A DNA stretch of 64,000 bases. Origin: Klebsormidium nitens (taxonomy: Eukaryota; Plantae; Klebsormidiophyceae). The translations under genes were made by a program, and so were the position numbers. Location: positions 3,789-67,788 of the forward strand of contig DF237006.1 of NCBI GenBank assembly GCA_000708835.1. The letters are read 5' to 3'. Position 1 is the stretch's first letter, and every line of letters begins with the position of its first letter. Shown here in pieces: positions 11,375 through 24,800 of the stretch. The notes under the pieces are model-generated. The model did no database searches. It had not been told where the DNA came from and saw nothing but the letters and a program-made list of their open reading frames with translations.

Positions 11375-14300
11375 ATGGTCGGCCCGCTGCTGCACCCGGC
11401 TGCGGTGACGCATCAGGGGCGGCTGCAGCAGACGGTGCTGGGCTGGGACTACTTCCAGATGCTGACACAAGCTCAGGCGAGACACCAGCCCAGCACAGCC
11501 AGAGCACTGTCGTTGTGACTGCTGTTTTGGGTCCATGGACCTCTTTCCATGTAGGCTGCCCTGATGCCAGGGTGGTGTGGCTGCAGCACACAACCACCAG
11601 CTTCTTTGACAATGCTGCACCTTGATTAGCCGGCGATTGCTTGGTCGAAGTCAATAACCGCTCCTTGGTGCGCCCCGTGCAGAAGCAGGACAATGCCCAG
11701 CGGAAGCGCAAAAAGGGGGAGCCGCTGCCGGAGGATGGCGCCCTGCGCCCCGTCCCGAGTTCGTTCAGCAGCGTGGCGGAGTACGTGGCAGTGTATGAGC
11801 CGCTGCTTCTCGAGGAGTGCCGCGCCCAGATCCTGCGAGGCCAGGACGAGGCGGGCAGGGCTGCCGCGCACCGGGCACGCATTGCCCACTGTGAAGCAGT
11901 CAACCAGTTCACGTTTATCAAGCTGCAAGTGGACGAGCAGGTGCGCCACCACGCGGGGCCGTCCTCAACGGTGCCTCCATGTCTAGTCCCAACTTGGCTG
12001 TACGATCCACGTAGAGCTAAACGATTGGCGACTTCTCAGTGGCTATGGATTGGTGGTCAAACCGGAGGGTCTGTTGGGTGGTGTGGTGCGATGATGCCGC
12101 GTGCCGCGCCGGCTGCAGGTTGCGTCGGACATGGCGGAGAACAATCTGGTACTGCTGTGCCGCGAGAACCCGCTCACGTCGGCCACCACCCCGGCCACCC
12201 ACGCGCTGGCCACCGTGGAGGGCACCGAGGGCAAGCAGGCGCTGCGCCTCCGCCTGCACCTGCCTGAGCCCACGCCCAGGTGAGCGCAGCCGCTCCGCAC
12301 AGGACAAACACAGGGGCCGGGGGGGCAGTGCAAGCATAGCTGCCACTTGAGAAGGGACATGTGGGCAGCTTGACTGACGGAGCCTGCCGGCGTGGTTGTG
12401 CAGCGTGGCGCCGCGTGTGGCTCGGGTGCGAGCGGCGGTGGCGGAGGCGGGGTCGCTGTGGTGGGTGCTTCAGCTGTGCAACCTGTCCACCATCACGCGC
12501 GAGTACACCGCCCTGCACAGCGCCGCTGCGCTGCCCTTCCTGGACGTCATCCTCTCCGCCAAGGCACCCGCGCCCGACGGCCAGGCCCCCACCAGGTACT
12601 GGCCAAACATACGTGGGCCCCATGGGTCTGCCAGTCAAAACCGCGGCTGTGCCCCTTGGATGTGGAACAGGGCCAAAGAGACGCTGGCAGGAGGTCACTG
12701 TCCTCCGGGCCAGCTGACTTCACGCGATTTGCCCTCAAGAAAGTTTGTGTGTGGCGCAGTGGTTCTGCGCAATGGAGCATCCCGGAGGCGCTTCGCGGGC
12801 ATCTGGCGGGCAGCCACAACGAGTCGCAGCTGGCGGCGGTGCAAGCGGGCCTCTCGCGCAGCCCGGTGGTGCTCATCCAGGTGCGCCGGCTAGTGTTCCA
12901 AGCCGTTCGGGGCACGGGTCCTTTTCGGATGACTCGTGGGCAGCCCCTCCTGGCTTGTCCAGATCTGAGCGATGTAGCCCGAACCTGTAGCCGTCCACCC
13001 TGGCAACCACGTGTCATGAAGGCCATCCTCGTTTCTCTTCTAGACGACCTCGTAGCTGCCCCGGCTGACCGTGTCCGCCCCCGGCTGGTGCAGGGCCCCC
13101 CTGGGACGGGCAAGACGCAGACCATTCTGGGTCTGCTCAGTGTTGTGCTGCACGCCAGCCCCCTCGCCCAGCAGGCGGGGGCGGCCGCGCAGCTGGTGGC
13201 GCGGGAACCAATCTCGGAGCAGCAAAAGCAGGCCGCCTGGAGGGCCGCCGCGCCCTGGATGCACGGAGGCAACCCGCGTGATGCAGAGCTGCCCCTCGAC
13301 GGAGACGATGGCAGTGGCTACCTGCCCAGCCCAGGCGGGGTGAGAGACCAACTGTAGCCTGAACGAAACAAGCAGGGCGCAGGGCGTACCTGATGATGTA
13401 ACCCTGCCAGCCCGCGCAGCTTGAGGGTTTCTTGATTCCTTCGCCAGGCATTCATGTAGATCAAGTCATGCAGAGTGTTCGAGACAGTTTTTTTACCCCT
13501 TATATACTCCGGCCCCCTCCCCCACCTCCCTCCCGCAGGTGATGAAGGCGTCGGGCCAGGTGCGGCGGCACCGCGCCAAGGTGCTGGTGGCGGCCCCCAG
13601 CAACGCTGCGCTGGACGAGATCGTGCTGCGGCTGCTGGCGGCGGGCCTGCGAGATGCGGCGGGCGACCCGTACAGCCCCAGCATCGTGCGCGCCGGCCTG
13701 AACGCGCACCACTCGGTGGCCGCCGTCACCATGGATGCGATCGTCACGCAGCGCATGGCCAGCATGGCCAGGGGAGGCGCCCGCGCGGGCAGCACCGGCA
13801 TGGAGCGCGACAGGATCCGCACTGCCATCCTCGACGAGGCCGCCATCGTGCGTCCCACCCCTGGCGCCCGCACGTTGTGTCGATGGAACCATCTCCAGAC
13901 TTCACGGTCGTCTGGTGTTGCAGCAGGTGCGAGACTTTGTGCCCCGTACCGAGCATTGTCCACCCTCGTCGTCTCTTACCTCCGTCGCCCTGGCTGCCCG
14001 CAGGTGTGCTCCACGCTCAGCTTCAGCGGCTCCGGTGCCTTTGGCCGCATGTCGCGCCCCTTTGACGTGGTCATCATCGACGAGGCCGCCCAGGCGGTGA
14101 GCGAACCGCAGGACCCCGCCCTAGAGACCGCACTGCGGAACGGTGTCCCCTCACCTGCCGTTGTTCACACCCTTGTCCTGTCATCTTCTCGATGTCTTCT
14201 GGTCGGCTTTCCGGCACAACTCTGCTGACCGCTGCGCTGCCCTACTTGCGGGGTGGCCAGCGCCCGCTCGCCCCATGCCCACACGTGCCTTTGCCCTAAT

Positions 14301-16219
14301 GCGTTTCGCAGGTGGAGCCGTCGACGCTAGTCGCCCTGACGCACGGGTGCCGGCAGCTGTTCCTGGTGGGCGACCCCGTGCAGCTGCCCGCGACGGTGCT
14401 GTCGTCGACGGCGGTGCAGTACGGGTACGCGACGAGCCTGTTCTCGCGGCTGCAGCGCGCGGGGTACCCGGTGGTCATGCTGCGCACGCAGTACCGCATG
14501 CACCCCGCCATCCGCCGCTTCCCCAGCGCGCAGTTTTACGCCGGCCAGCTCGTGGACGGCGACTCGGTGGCCAAGCAGACGGCGCGCCCCTGGCACGCGC
14601 ACGCGTGCTTCGGCCCCTTCGCGTTTCTGGACGTGGCGGGGGAAGAGGAGCAGGCGGAGGGCAGCGGCTCGTACGTCAACAAGGCAGAGGTCGAGCTGGC
14701 GCTCATGCTGTACCGCAACCTGGCCGCGCGCTTCCCCGACTTCAAGCAGGGGGCCAAGGTCGCCGTCATCTCGCCGTCAGTGCCCGCCCCACCGCATACC
14801 TAGCAGCGACGTCTCCATGACATGCGATGCCTTGACCCACTGCTCTGGGTGCTGATCTTGTGCTCTGTCGCCGGTCATACAAGCGACTTCGTCCGTTCAG
14901 ACGTGAATTGGAAGTATCATGTACTATGACCGGCTCAGGGGGAACTGGATTGAGCTTCTTATATAGACGTAGAGTGCAAAGCTTTGCGCTGCTCGCGGCA
15001 AACCGCAATGATCGCACCGTGTGTCTCGAACGCAGATAAATCGTTCGTGACAAGCAGGATGGGCTGTCCCCCTTGCGGGGCAGGTAACGCCATGGCGGCC
15101 TACGTTGTCGTGGAGACCCTGCAAGCCTGGCTGGTGGGGGTTGACGCAGCGTGGGGCGCGTGGTGCAGGTACAAGCACCAGGTGATGCTGGCGCGCGAGC
15201 GCTTCAAGGCGGCGCTGGGCGCGGACGTGGCGCGGAGCATCGACATCAACACCATCGACGGCTTCCAGGGCCGCGAGAAGGACGTGGCCATCTTCAGCGC
15301 GGTGCGCGCCGACCGCAAGCGCGGCATCGGCTTCGTGGCCGACTTCCGGCGCATGAACGTCGGCATCACGCGGGCGCGCGCGTCCATGCTCGTCGTGGGC
15401 TGTGCCGCGGCGCTGAAGCGCGACAAGCACTGGGCCGCGCTGATCAAGCACGCCGCCGCCACCGGCTGCTTCTTCCAGGTAAAGCCCCACACTCAGGGGC
15501 TATAAGGGCACTGATGCACTGTTTGCGATAAAGCCTTGAAAGCGTGAAAAGCCCTTTGTTCTTCTTCCGAAGTCTTTCGTCAGTGCGTGCCCTGTTGCGT
15601 TTGTCCAGGTGTCCCGGCCGTTCCACCAGTTTTTCAGCGACAAGCGGCTGGCGGAGATTGGGCCGTACGTGGAGCCTGAGAACGAGGAGGCTGCGAGACT
15701 TGCCGCGGGGGAGGGCGACGCGGCAGAGGAGGAGGGAGCGGCGGGCGAGGACGAGGAGGAGCACGTGGAGGAGCTGAGCAACGCGGTGGTGCTCACCGAC
15801 GAGGGGGCGGAGCAGGTGCGCTCTACGAAGATCGTGCAGGTCTCTTACCAATGACGAACCATCGCCGGAACGTACCTAGTGCGTTCCGGCTCGCAGAGGC
15901 AGCCTCGCATCTGACGAGCGGGTGAGGCAGTCCGCCCACGGCCGTACAAGCTGGTCGCCAACGGCTGGTTTACTTTTCCAGCCCTGACTTCCTTTTCGGT
16001 GCTTGCTAATGGCTCCTTACGGTGATGCAGAGAGTACTGACGGCGGACATCGAGCATGCCGAGGTGGCAGAGACGTCGCCCGCAGAAGCGGCAACAACGG
16101 CGAGTGGCGTCGGCAGTGCCGTGGTCAGGGGCGAAGCGTCACAAGAACCGAGTAAACCTACGGCACAGACTCCAGTGCCGGAGCCGACTGCCAAGAAAGG
16201 AAGGAGGCAAAAACCCTGA
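11375..16219 (+). CDS. MAA3: SEN1/Upf1-like superfamily 1 helicase, MAGATAMA3 (MAA3)-like
   Basis: N-terminal LQQTVLGWDYFQML and YEPLLLEECRAQI resemble MAA3 (ILGWDY..., FEPLLFEEVKAQI). Helicase motifs: QGPPGTGKT, VAAPSNAALDEI, VIIDEAAQA, VGDPVQLPATV, QYRMHP, TIDGFQGREKD, RRMNVGITRAR. The last exon ends KKGRRQKP* at 16219. The start codon is uncertain. Confidence 0.88.
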
Positions 16220-17333
16220 TCGCCATTGTAAAGGGAGCCCTTGACTAGTCGAGCAGCTGTTGTAACTAGTTGATTCTGAAATGATGTACAAAGCGGAGAT
16301 GCAGATTGAGCATGCTGAGATACACGTTACTTTCTGTAAGCGATGCAAGAGACAAGGTGCGAGCCGGCTTTACGCATGTCGTCCGGTTGCGAACATGTGC
16401 CTAAAGCAGCATAAGGCGCCATGATTTTGTGATGAATAACTGTGTGGCGCTTGATATGTACCTGTCGACAAGCTCATGAAGGGCAAGATCAGGACGTACT
16501 CACAAAAACGCGTCTGAAGATTAGCGTTCGCTTCCCGAATGGCAGCATTCGTGCTGACAAAGAGGCCACCCGCTCACTTGTCACCCGGCATGCACCGTTC
16601 TCATGTTAAAAGTCCGCAGGTCTACGGGGTTCGCGTCCGGTCTGTCGTTCTTTTTACAATCATGCTGCATGGAGCGCTGCATGTGGCAATGGCCGACATT
16701 CCAGGTGCCGTGGTGCATATGGGCGAACATCGCATGTGACTCTAAGTTGGCTTGGCCAATGAAAATGGCCTCCCTAACCGGGAGGCATTCTCGGGGGTAG
16801 TCCGAGTCTGGCTCGGGGAATCAGACGCGGATGGTTCTTGACACCGAGAACTGGATACGTTTAGGTTGTGGGTATGGGCGTGTTAAGGTCCATGACCGGT
16901 AGACGACCCCGGTCATTTGCTGATGCATTGGGTTTGTTTTGGGTTTGCTCGACCGGATTGATGTGCATTGATGTGCAGAGCAGTGGGCCCAATGGCACCA
17001 GTCAACGGTGTGGATTGACCGGAAGATGGATTGACGGACTTCGGTCTCCGAAAGATCAAGGGCTTGCTATGCCACGTTGGCAGGCGGTAAGGGTTTAGCC
17101 AATAGCCGCGAAATTGACATGCCAATACAGGGAGGCAACGAGTATGGATGGCATGCCAATTTTCTATTATGTATCGTATATTGTTGTCAAACTGAGTGCT
17201 CCTGCTCGCGCGCTCGAACGCGCTGGTTCTTGGCCAGCTGTTGCTGACCAATCATGCACGGGTGGTATATGCAGCACAGGGCCCATATGGGTCACGTGGA
17301 TCAGGCCCCAGGGCCCATCCCAGCACTGGCCAA

Positions 17334-17391
17334 ACTCGGACTCGGAGTCGGAGTTGACGCCACTCCCAAGTCCGAGACTCCGAGTCCGAGT
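17334..17391. repeat. Hexamer-based inverted repeat (ACTCGG/CCGAGT) hairpin
   Basis: ACTCGGACTCGGAGTC (17334-17349) is the exact reverse complement of GACTCCGAGTCCGAGT (17376-17391). Confidence 0.8.
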
Positions 17392-18158
17392 CAGAACGTC
17401 GGTGGCAGAGGCAAGCTGTCCAGAAAGGTACCTAGAACGCAACCGGAGCAAGGCCGGAGCTTTGAATGCTGCCAGTGCATTGCTAGATCAACAAGCACAT
17501 CAAAGGCGATCCATCCGCAGGAGTACGCAACGTTCATGCAAGCATAGTAGTTTTCACCACTGTAGTCCAAGTCCTTCCTGGTCCTTCGGTATCACTGCAT
17601 TCCAGTGTTCTTTCACAAGCTCAGCTGGCTGGTATCCAAGGAGGTGTGTGCATATTCTATATAGTCAAGCCATACTAAGCGAGGAATACTTGGATACTGT
17701 GGATCATTCTAAAGAAAGGAGCTTGCTTTTGGCTGTCGGGTGGATATCTTGATTGGACAACCACCGGCTGGTAAGCAGATCCTGCTTTCCAATGCTGTGA
17801 AAAACTATGCAGATGTAGCCCTGTTGTCATGACCACAAGCCCCTAGCTCATACAGGTTCTGCTTCTCAAGGGTGTAATGCTGATCCAGTGGCGTGGCTGC
17901 ATTGTCTGCGCTGTCATGATCCACATTGCTTCTTGCACCCGAAGTCTCCTTTGAAAGAAAAACCTCTCGTTCAGGAGGAGGAATGAGGATGCGAACACCT
18001 CTCGTTCCTCACCTCAGATCCTCTGAAGGCTTTCCTGCCATCACTTACCATGCCCAATTCCATTGCAATGCTAGGCTGTCTTCTTACGCTGCTGATTGTC
18101 CTCGCCGTTCTCGGTCCAGATCTGCCCTCTCGCCCCTTGCTGGTGCTTGCTGCCTCAG

Positions 18159-20629
18159 ATGGGAGGAGGCGCGCTGGCTGTGGCCCGGGTGACAGGCAGT
18201 TCTTCAGTGGCGGCGTGCAAGCTCGCAGCCACAAGATCTGTGCACTGCGGTGCACCCTCGGGCAGCCCGGCACTGCTCTGCGGGTCGGCAAGGGGCAGCC
18301 ACAGCAGCAGGCGGCACCTGCGAGGGGACCCGTGCCAAGATCTGCGGTCTAGCGCATTCCTGGCTGGGGAGCACCATGGTGTGTTGGCTGGGGGGGTGGT
18401 GAGGCAGCAGCAGCATGGGCGGGCAGGGCTGCGGATTGCAGCGGCACTCGACACATCGGACGTGGTAAAGGCAGCGGAAGGATCCAGTAAGTGGCACGAC
18501 ATTTCAGCAGACCGTGCATCGAAAGCAACGAATCACTCCATGATCAATTCTGAAGTTGCGCTTGGTGACACAGCCCGATCGCTGATGGCCAAGGGGATGC
18601 GGGAGCTGCTTCAAAGAGAGCTAAAATCACCCTTCACTCACTGGATTGATGGTTTGAGAATACAGCAAGAGCCATTGCTTGGACCTCACATAACGCCTGA
18701 TCCATTGTTTGCATTCCTAGCCCGGTCGGTGCTGTGACTTCCTGCTGCCTGGATTTTTTGAAGTTATATCCCTTCGCCAGATTGCCTTGAGCACCCCTGA
18801 CGCACGACCATGCTGGCCGCTTCTGCTGCACTCTGGTCTGATTGCGGTGCGCGTGGCTAGCTGCAGAGTCGGCGGCGCTGGTGATGATCCGGCATGGGGA
18901 GTCGCTTTGGAATGCCAAGAACCTGTTCACGGGCTGCGTGGACGTGCCGCTGAGCCAGCAGGGCATTGACGAGGCGCTGACGGCGGGTACCCGCATTGCA
19001 GACATCCCGGTGGACATCATCTTTGTGTCAGCGCTGATGCGCGCGCAGATGACCGCCATGATCGCCATGACGCAGCACCGCCGCAAAAAGGTCAGCCACC
19101 GGGAGTGGTGCACACTGCCTCCAGGCGGGACTGGCACTTTAAGAAGCTCGGATAGCAGCTGCTGGCAGGTTTGGGATGATACAATGACTGAGAAAGTGAA
19201 TGCTAGTAGTGTAGAAAATCAGAGGTTGTTGTCCTTCAGTTTGATTGAGGGTGATTTCACCCCGGTCAATGCAAGCTGATGCTGTGCTGGCCTGGTGTTG
19301 ACGCTGGGGCTGGGTTGCAGGTGCCGGTGATCTTGCACGAGGAGAGCGACCGCGCCAAGGAGTGGAGCACCATCTTCTCGCAGGCCACCATGAAGGAGGT
19401 CATCCCCGTCAAGACCGCCTGGCAGCTCAACGAGCGCATGTGAGGGCCCCCAGCCACACCACCCCTGGCCAGTGCACACGCCAGACTGCACGGGCTGTGC
19501 TGATCAACCGCAGCTCTGATGTTTGCAACTTGTCGGTGGCTACCCTCTGGCGACGTACAGAGTGCGTACTTGGTGGCCCGCTCACCACGCTGTGACTTTG
19601 TGCAGGTACGGGGAGTTGCAGGGGCTGAACAAGGCAGAGACCGCGGACAAGTTTGGCGCGGACACGGTGAAGCAGTGGCGCCGCAGCTACGACATCCCGC
19701 CGCCGAATGGGGAGAGCCTGCAGATGACCGCAGAGCGGGCCGTTGCCTACTTCAAGGCAGAGGTGAGGGAGGCCTCCAAGGGGAAAGTGAGGAAGGGCGC
19801 TGGCGGACTGGGGCGACTGTGCACTGTGGAAGTGCAGGAGGCTCCGGCGACGGACTGGGGTTTGACTGGGATGGTGGGGCAGAGTCGCGCCGGCGCGGTT
19901 GCGACTTGACTTGAAGAATGCCAGGCTGTTGCATCGGCGGGGCTTCTCTGAGGCTGCCTCGCTTGCCCTTTTGCTATCAGGTGGTGTGACATGGCGGGTG
20001 GGCCTGTGTGTGCAGGTGGAGCCTCTGCTGAAGGCGGGCAAGAACGTGCTGATCAGTGCGCACGGCAACTCGCTGCGCGCCATCATCATGTACCTGGACA
20101 GCCTCACCTCCGAGCAGGTGCTCGCCCAACGCTGATTCCATCAGTTGACGGACCCCACTTTGGGGTTCCGTCCTTACAGTTTGCTACTTGTTGGTAGTGG
20201 ACATGCAACATGTGCCGGTCCCCTTCTGCCTCATTCTCCTTCTCCGGGGACAGCCTGCCAGCCCCAGGCACTCATCATTGACAAGTGCGTGACACAATGG
20301 CTGACCAGCGGCGCGCGGCGGGTTGCAGGTGATTGAGCTGGAGCTAGCGACGGGCAACCCGATGCTGTACGTGTACGAGGAGGGGGCCTTCAAGCGGCGG
20401 GGCAGCCCCGTGGGGCCAGCGGTGGACGGCGTGTACGCTCTCACCCCGGTGAGCAGCCTGGACGCGTGTCCAAGCGCAGATGAGCTGGTTGCGTTGAGAG
20501 CAGTACAGGCCACGCCAACGCGCTGGTTGTTTGCAACCATTCTCCGCTCCCTTGTGGTCGTGCTGACGGCCGCCCTGTGGCGTGCAGGACCTGGCCACTT
20601 ACCGCAACAAGCTGGAGTCCAAACAGTGA
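18159..20629 (+). CDS. gpmA: Cofactor (2,3-BPG)-dependent phosphoglycerate mutase with a putative plastid transit peptide
   Basis: Exon 1 is 18159-18486 (Ser/Ala/Arg-rich N-terminus). Then [28 protein letters not shown]|[40 protein letters not shown]. The last exon is [13 protein letters not shown]. Confidence 0.93.
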
Positions 20630-21887
20630 CGGGCAAAGCAGCCGGGGCCAGCCTGCCGCAATGGGTGACTGCTGAACCTCTGTGACCCCACCCATTGCTT
20701 CACGTAACATCGAAGACATTTGAAGCAATGCATTTGTAAAGCTTCTGGACGGATGTGTTGGTAGGTCTACATTCAACGTGTACATTTATATTGTTTCTGA
20801 AAGCAGTGGCCTACGCAAAGCAGGTCGATTAATTGAGTCGAACTCCAGATCGACAGATTTCTGGCGACAAGAGACAAGGGTTGCGTCTCGAGTCTAAACA
20901 GATACGAACACATGCTTTGACATGTTATGATTGTGGCAAAATATGCCATTTGGACGGCTGCTTGGAGGAAACGCGTAAGCTTAATCACTAGCCTTGCCCT
21001 GTGCCGTCTATGCTATGGGACTGTACAGCACTCTGTTGGCCAACGATCCCTTTGGTTCACAATCAAAACCTTCTGCGCTGGATGATTTGTAAGCCGCCTC
21101 GAGCTGAAAGATGGCAGTTGCTGGACAACATCACGTAGTCTAGCTGCTGCATCTGAGTCAAGCCTCTCACATCAATCAAGAAGCGTCCGTATATTGGCAA
21201 TGATGATACTAATTGATTGCGAGCTTTCTCGATTGTCTGACGCTGCTTAATTGAATGGCAAATCGATGCGTGTTTATCAGGGGCACCAAACTGAGCTGTA
21301 CGTGACTATGGGCGCTGCATGCCTCCAAATCCAAGATCGACAGCTATGGCTATAATTGCTGGGATCGCGAACTTTAAGGACTTTTTAAGATACTCGGCCG
21401 AGTCAACCAAACTAGCTCGTCGGCCTGAAGCTTGTGTACATGCATATGTTAAAGCTGGTAGCTTGGACTATCTTCGATCCTATCATGGGTGACGGTGCAA
21501 ATATTAACTTTCTGGAAAACGTGAGGTTTGAATGCGAAGCGACAGGCACCGCAGCTTCCGAACCAGCATGCAACTCAAAACTCATGAAGGGTGCATGCAA
21601 AAGCAGACAAGTGCGCTTCAATGAAAGTGCTGGACAAATAACATCCGCCTGAAGCCTCGATGGTACATGTTGCATGAGCAGCCACCCTACATTCGTTTAG
21701 GTCGGTGACACAGAGCGAAGTGGCTCTCTCAGACAAAACAATGAGGCACCGAAAGAGGTCCACTCCGACCGCCTGATCCACGGCTCGCAAGGGCAACTTC
21801 CTGAGTCCCTGATCCGAGCAGGTGCATCCTGAACTCGGAGGTTCCGAACCGTGTTTTCATATCTCCAATGACGCTGGACCCAGAGCA

Positions 21888-24800
21888 TCACCGTTGCGGA
21901 GGTGGCGGCGGCGCTCCTTGTTGTGATGGAGGGGGGGGGCGATAGCCCGGAGGAGGGGGCCCATAGCCGGGGGGGGGCATGCCGGGCATGGCGCCAGGGG
22001 GGGGACCCCTGGGAAGAAACGGAAGACGAGCGTGAGCAAGGACACAAGAAAACATAGCGCCCTAACGGAAGAAAGGGAGACAAAATGAACATGTCTGAAG
22101 ACCTGAGACTCGTCAAAGATCCTGCGACTAGACTTCAAGAAGCTCTGCGTCCATCATGGGCAAAGCCTCAGTCCGTTGACTGCTGATGCTGACTACCTAT
22201 TCAATCAGGGCAAACTCTATGGAAGCAGTCTTAGGAGATATGGCCCGGAAAGAAGCTATAGACGCGTCAAGGTTTTGAGCATCGTTTCCGAAAGGACATC
22301 GCGAATTGCAACCGTGCGGTCTGGAGGCTGGTTTTCAACACAAACCAAAGACCTACCGATGAAAGCCGTCCCATCAAGTGCAAACCATTCCAAAATTGTT
22401 CCAAAGTCGAAGTGCATACGGAAGGGTACTTAGGGATATCCACTTTTCAATGTGCGAACAACATGCGTCCATGACATTTGTTGTCGTATGCTAAATGGCA
22501 CCTCTCGACAGAGGGCTTTGCCCAGTTAGGAGCGCCATAAGTCAGACCTTAAGCAAGTACTTGGTGCAGCCTGCTCCAAGCATAAGGGGCAAGAGAGCAG
22601 AGACTTGCGGCGCACCTGTACCCAGGGGGCGGTGGGCCCATGTTGGCAGGAGGGGGCCGAGCCCAGGGGGGAGCCTGCGCCCCTCCTTGCTGGGGGGGGC
22701 CTCGGGGAGGCCCTGCCTGGCCCCAAGGAGGAGGGGGCCCACTCGCAGGGGGGGGCATCCGCGGAGGCCCCTGCATCTGGGGTTGCCCGTATTGCGTGGG
22801 GGAGGGGGGGCGTAGTTGGGGGAGGGGGCTGGCCATACGTGGCGGGGGTGGGGGGGATACGTGGCGGGAGGGGGAGTGGTGTACGTGGAGGGAGNNNNNN
22901 NNNNNNNNNNNNNNNNNNNNNNNNNNNNNNNNNNNNNNNNNNNNNNNNNNNNNNNNNNNNNNNNNNNNNNNNNNNNNNNNNNNNNNNNNNNNNNNNNNNN
23001 NNNNNNNNNNNNNNNNNNNNNNNNNNNNNNNNNNNNNNNNNNNNNNNNNNNNNNNNNNNNNNNNNNNNNNNNNNNNNNNNNNNNNNNNNNNNNNNNNNNN
23101 NNNNNNNNNNNNNNNNNNNNNNNNNNNNNNNNNNNNNNNNNNNNNNNNNNNNNGGGTGGGGGGGGATACTGCGGAGGGGGAGTGGTGTACTGAGGAGGGG
23201 GGGCACCGCCATAAGGAGGAGGGTACTGCACAGGTGGCGGGGGTGGAAGGGATGCCGGGGCGGGGGGAGCTGGAGCTGCACCGTTTTCCAGGGGGGGAGT
23301 GGGGCCGTCCGCAGCAGGGAATGGTGGGGCGCCATCAGGCGGGGGGGCGTCAGCAAAGAGGGTGTGTGGGCGATTTCTAAGCGCTGCGGGATTGCTGGAG
23401 GCTAGGAGCCGCTCTGCAAGCCAGACACGGGGTCAGCGTCAGCAGGAACCCGCGCATTTGGCGCCCCCCAAGGATTTCGACACTTAAATCATGCCGTATT
23501 CGGATAAGGCGGAAGGCACAGCTGGAGAAAGCGACAGAGCAATTTGGGTGAGGACAATGGGCCATGTCCCGGCACGCAATGAAACTACCACTCAACAGTG
23601 TCAAAAGGTTTGGCGGGGAAGCGAAGGCGCACCTGCGGCCGACCCATGGCGCTCGCCCTTGGTGTCCTTCTTGAAGGCGTACGAGACAGTGATCGCCTTA
23701 TTACACAGGTACTGCCCGTTCATGGCCTCAATGGCGGCATCGCTCGCCTCAAACGAGTCGTAGCTGATGAAGCCGAAGCCCTTGGAGTTGCCGCTCTCAG
23801 GGTCGCGCATGATTTTTGGGTTCGACAGGATCACGCCGAACGCGCTAAACGTGTCGTGCAGCAGCTTCTCGTCCACCTCCTCGTCCAGGTTGCCAATGAA
23901 CAGGTTGGCGCCCACGTCCGCAGTGCGCCGGTCGCTGGAGGCCTTGTTCACGCGGATGGGCTTCCCGTACAACTTGATCATGTTCATCACCTTCACCGCC
24001 TGCAACAATGCATGCCAATCTGCCGCGCATCAGCTCAAGCATCGGGTGGCAGCTGGCTTCAACAACCAAAGCGCTGGGATCGGCCACCCGCATTGTGCGA
24101 TGGATTATGGCCCAAGTGGGGCAATCCAGATCAAGAAATCGCGGCCACCGTCAGTTGCGGCCGCGCTTCAAATTTTGTCACCTTCTTGGAATCCACTTAC
24201 TCAGCGTGAAAAGATGCACAGAAAACTGCGCAGAAAACAGCGCAGCGCACCGAACACTACCCGAAGGCGCCAATATGGAGCAGGTTTCTAGGGATGCCAC
24301 CCCTTACATAGTCGGCGTCCTCTTCGCTGCGGAACTCCACAAAGCCATAGCCCTGATGCAGGCTGGTCACACGGTCCTTCGGCACATACACATTCACTGC
24401 AAAAATCAAGCCGGTCGTTGCAGAAGTCAGTAAGATATCAGTACCTTGGCGCCCGTCAATCAACACCACCCCAGACTGTAAGTCGGCAAAGTGGTGGAGT
24501 CTCCCACCATGATGCCCCTTCCTGACAACGCCAATGCATGACACTGCACTTTCTAATGCAGATATCAATTTTCAGAATTACGGACATGTAGTGAAGATGT
24601 AATCCTTCAACGCAGCAGAAGTTCAGCACACAAATGCAGCTGCTATTGGTGCACGAAACCAATTGCTGAACCCCTTACAGGAGCAGCCAATGGCAACTTA
24701 CCAACAGGCCCCGCCTGGACAAACATCTCCCAAAGAAGCTCCTCTGTGACCTGAACACAAGCATACGGGATCAATTTAAAACGACATCTAAGAGACTTAC

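Noticed and set aside
17114-17752. 212-aa ORF in the intergenic block
   Set aside because: No family motif, codon use unlike the GC3-rich exons, and it runs through the hexamer hairpin.
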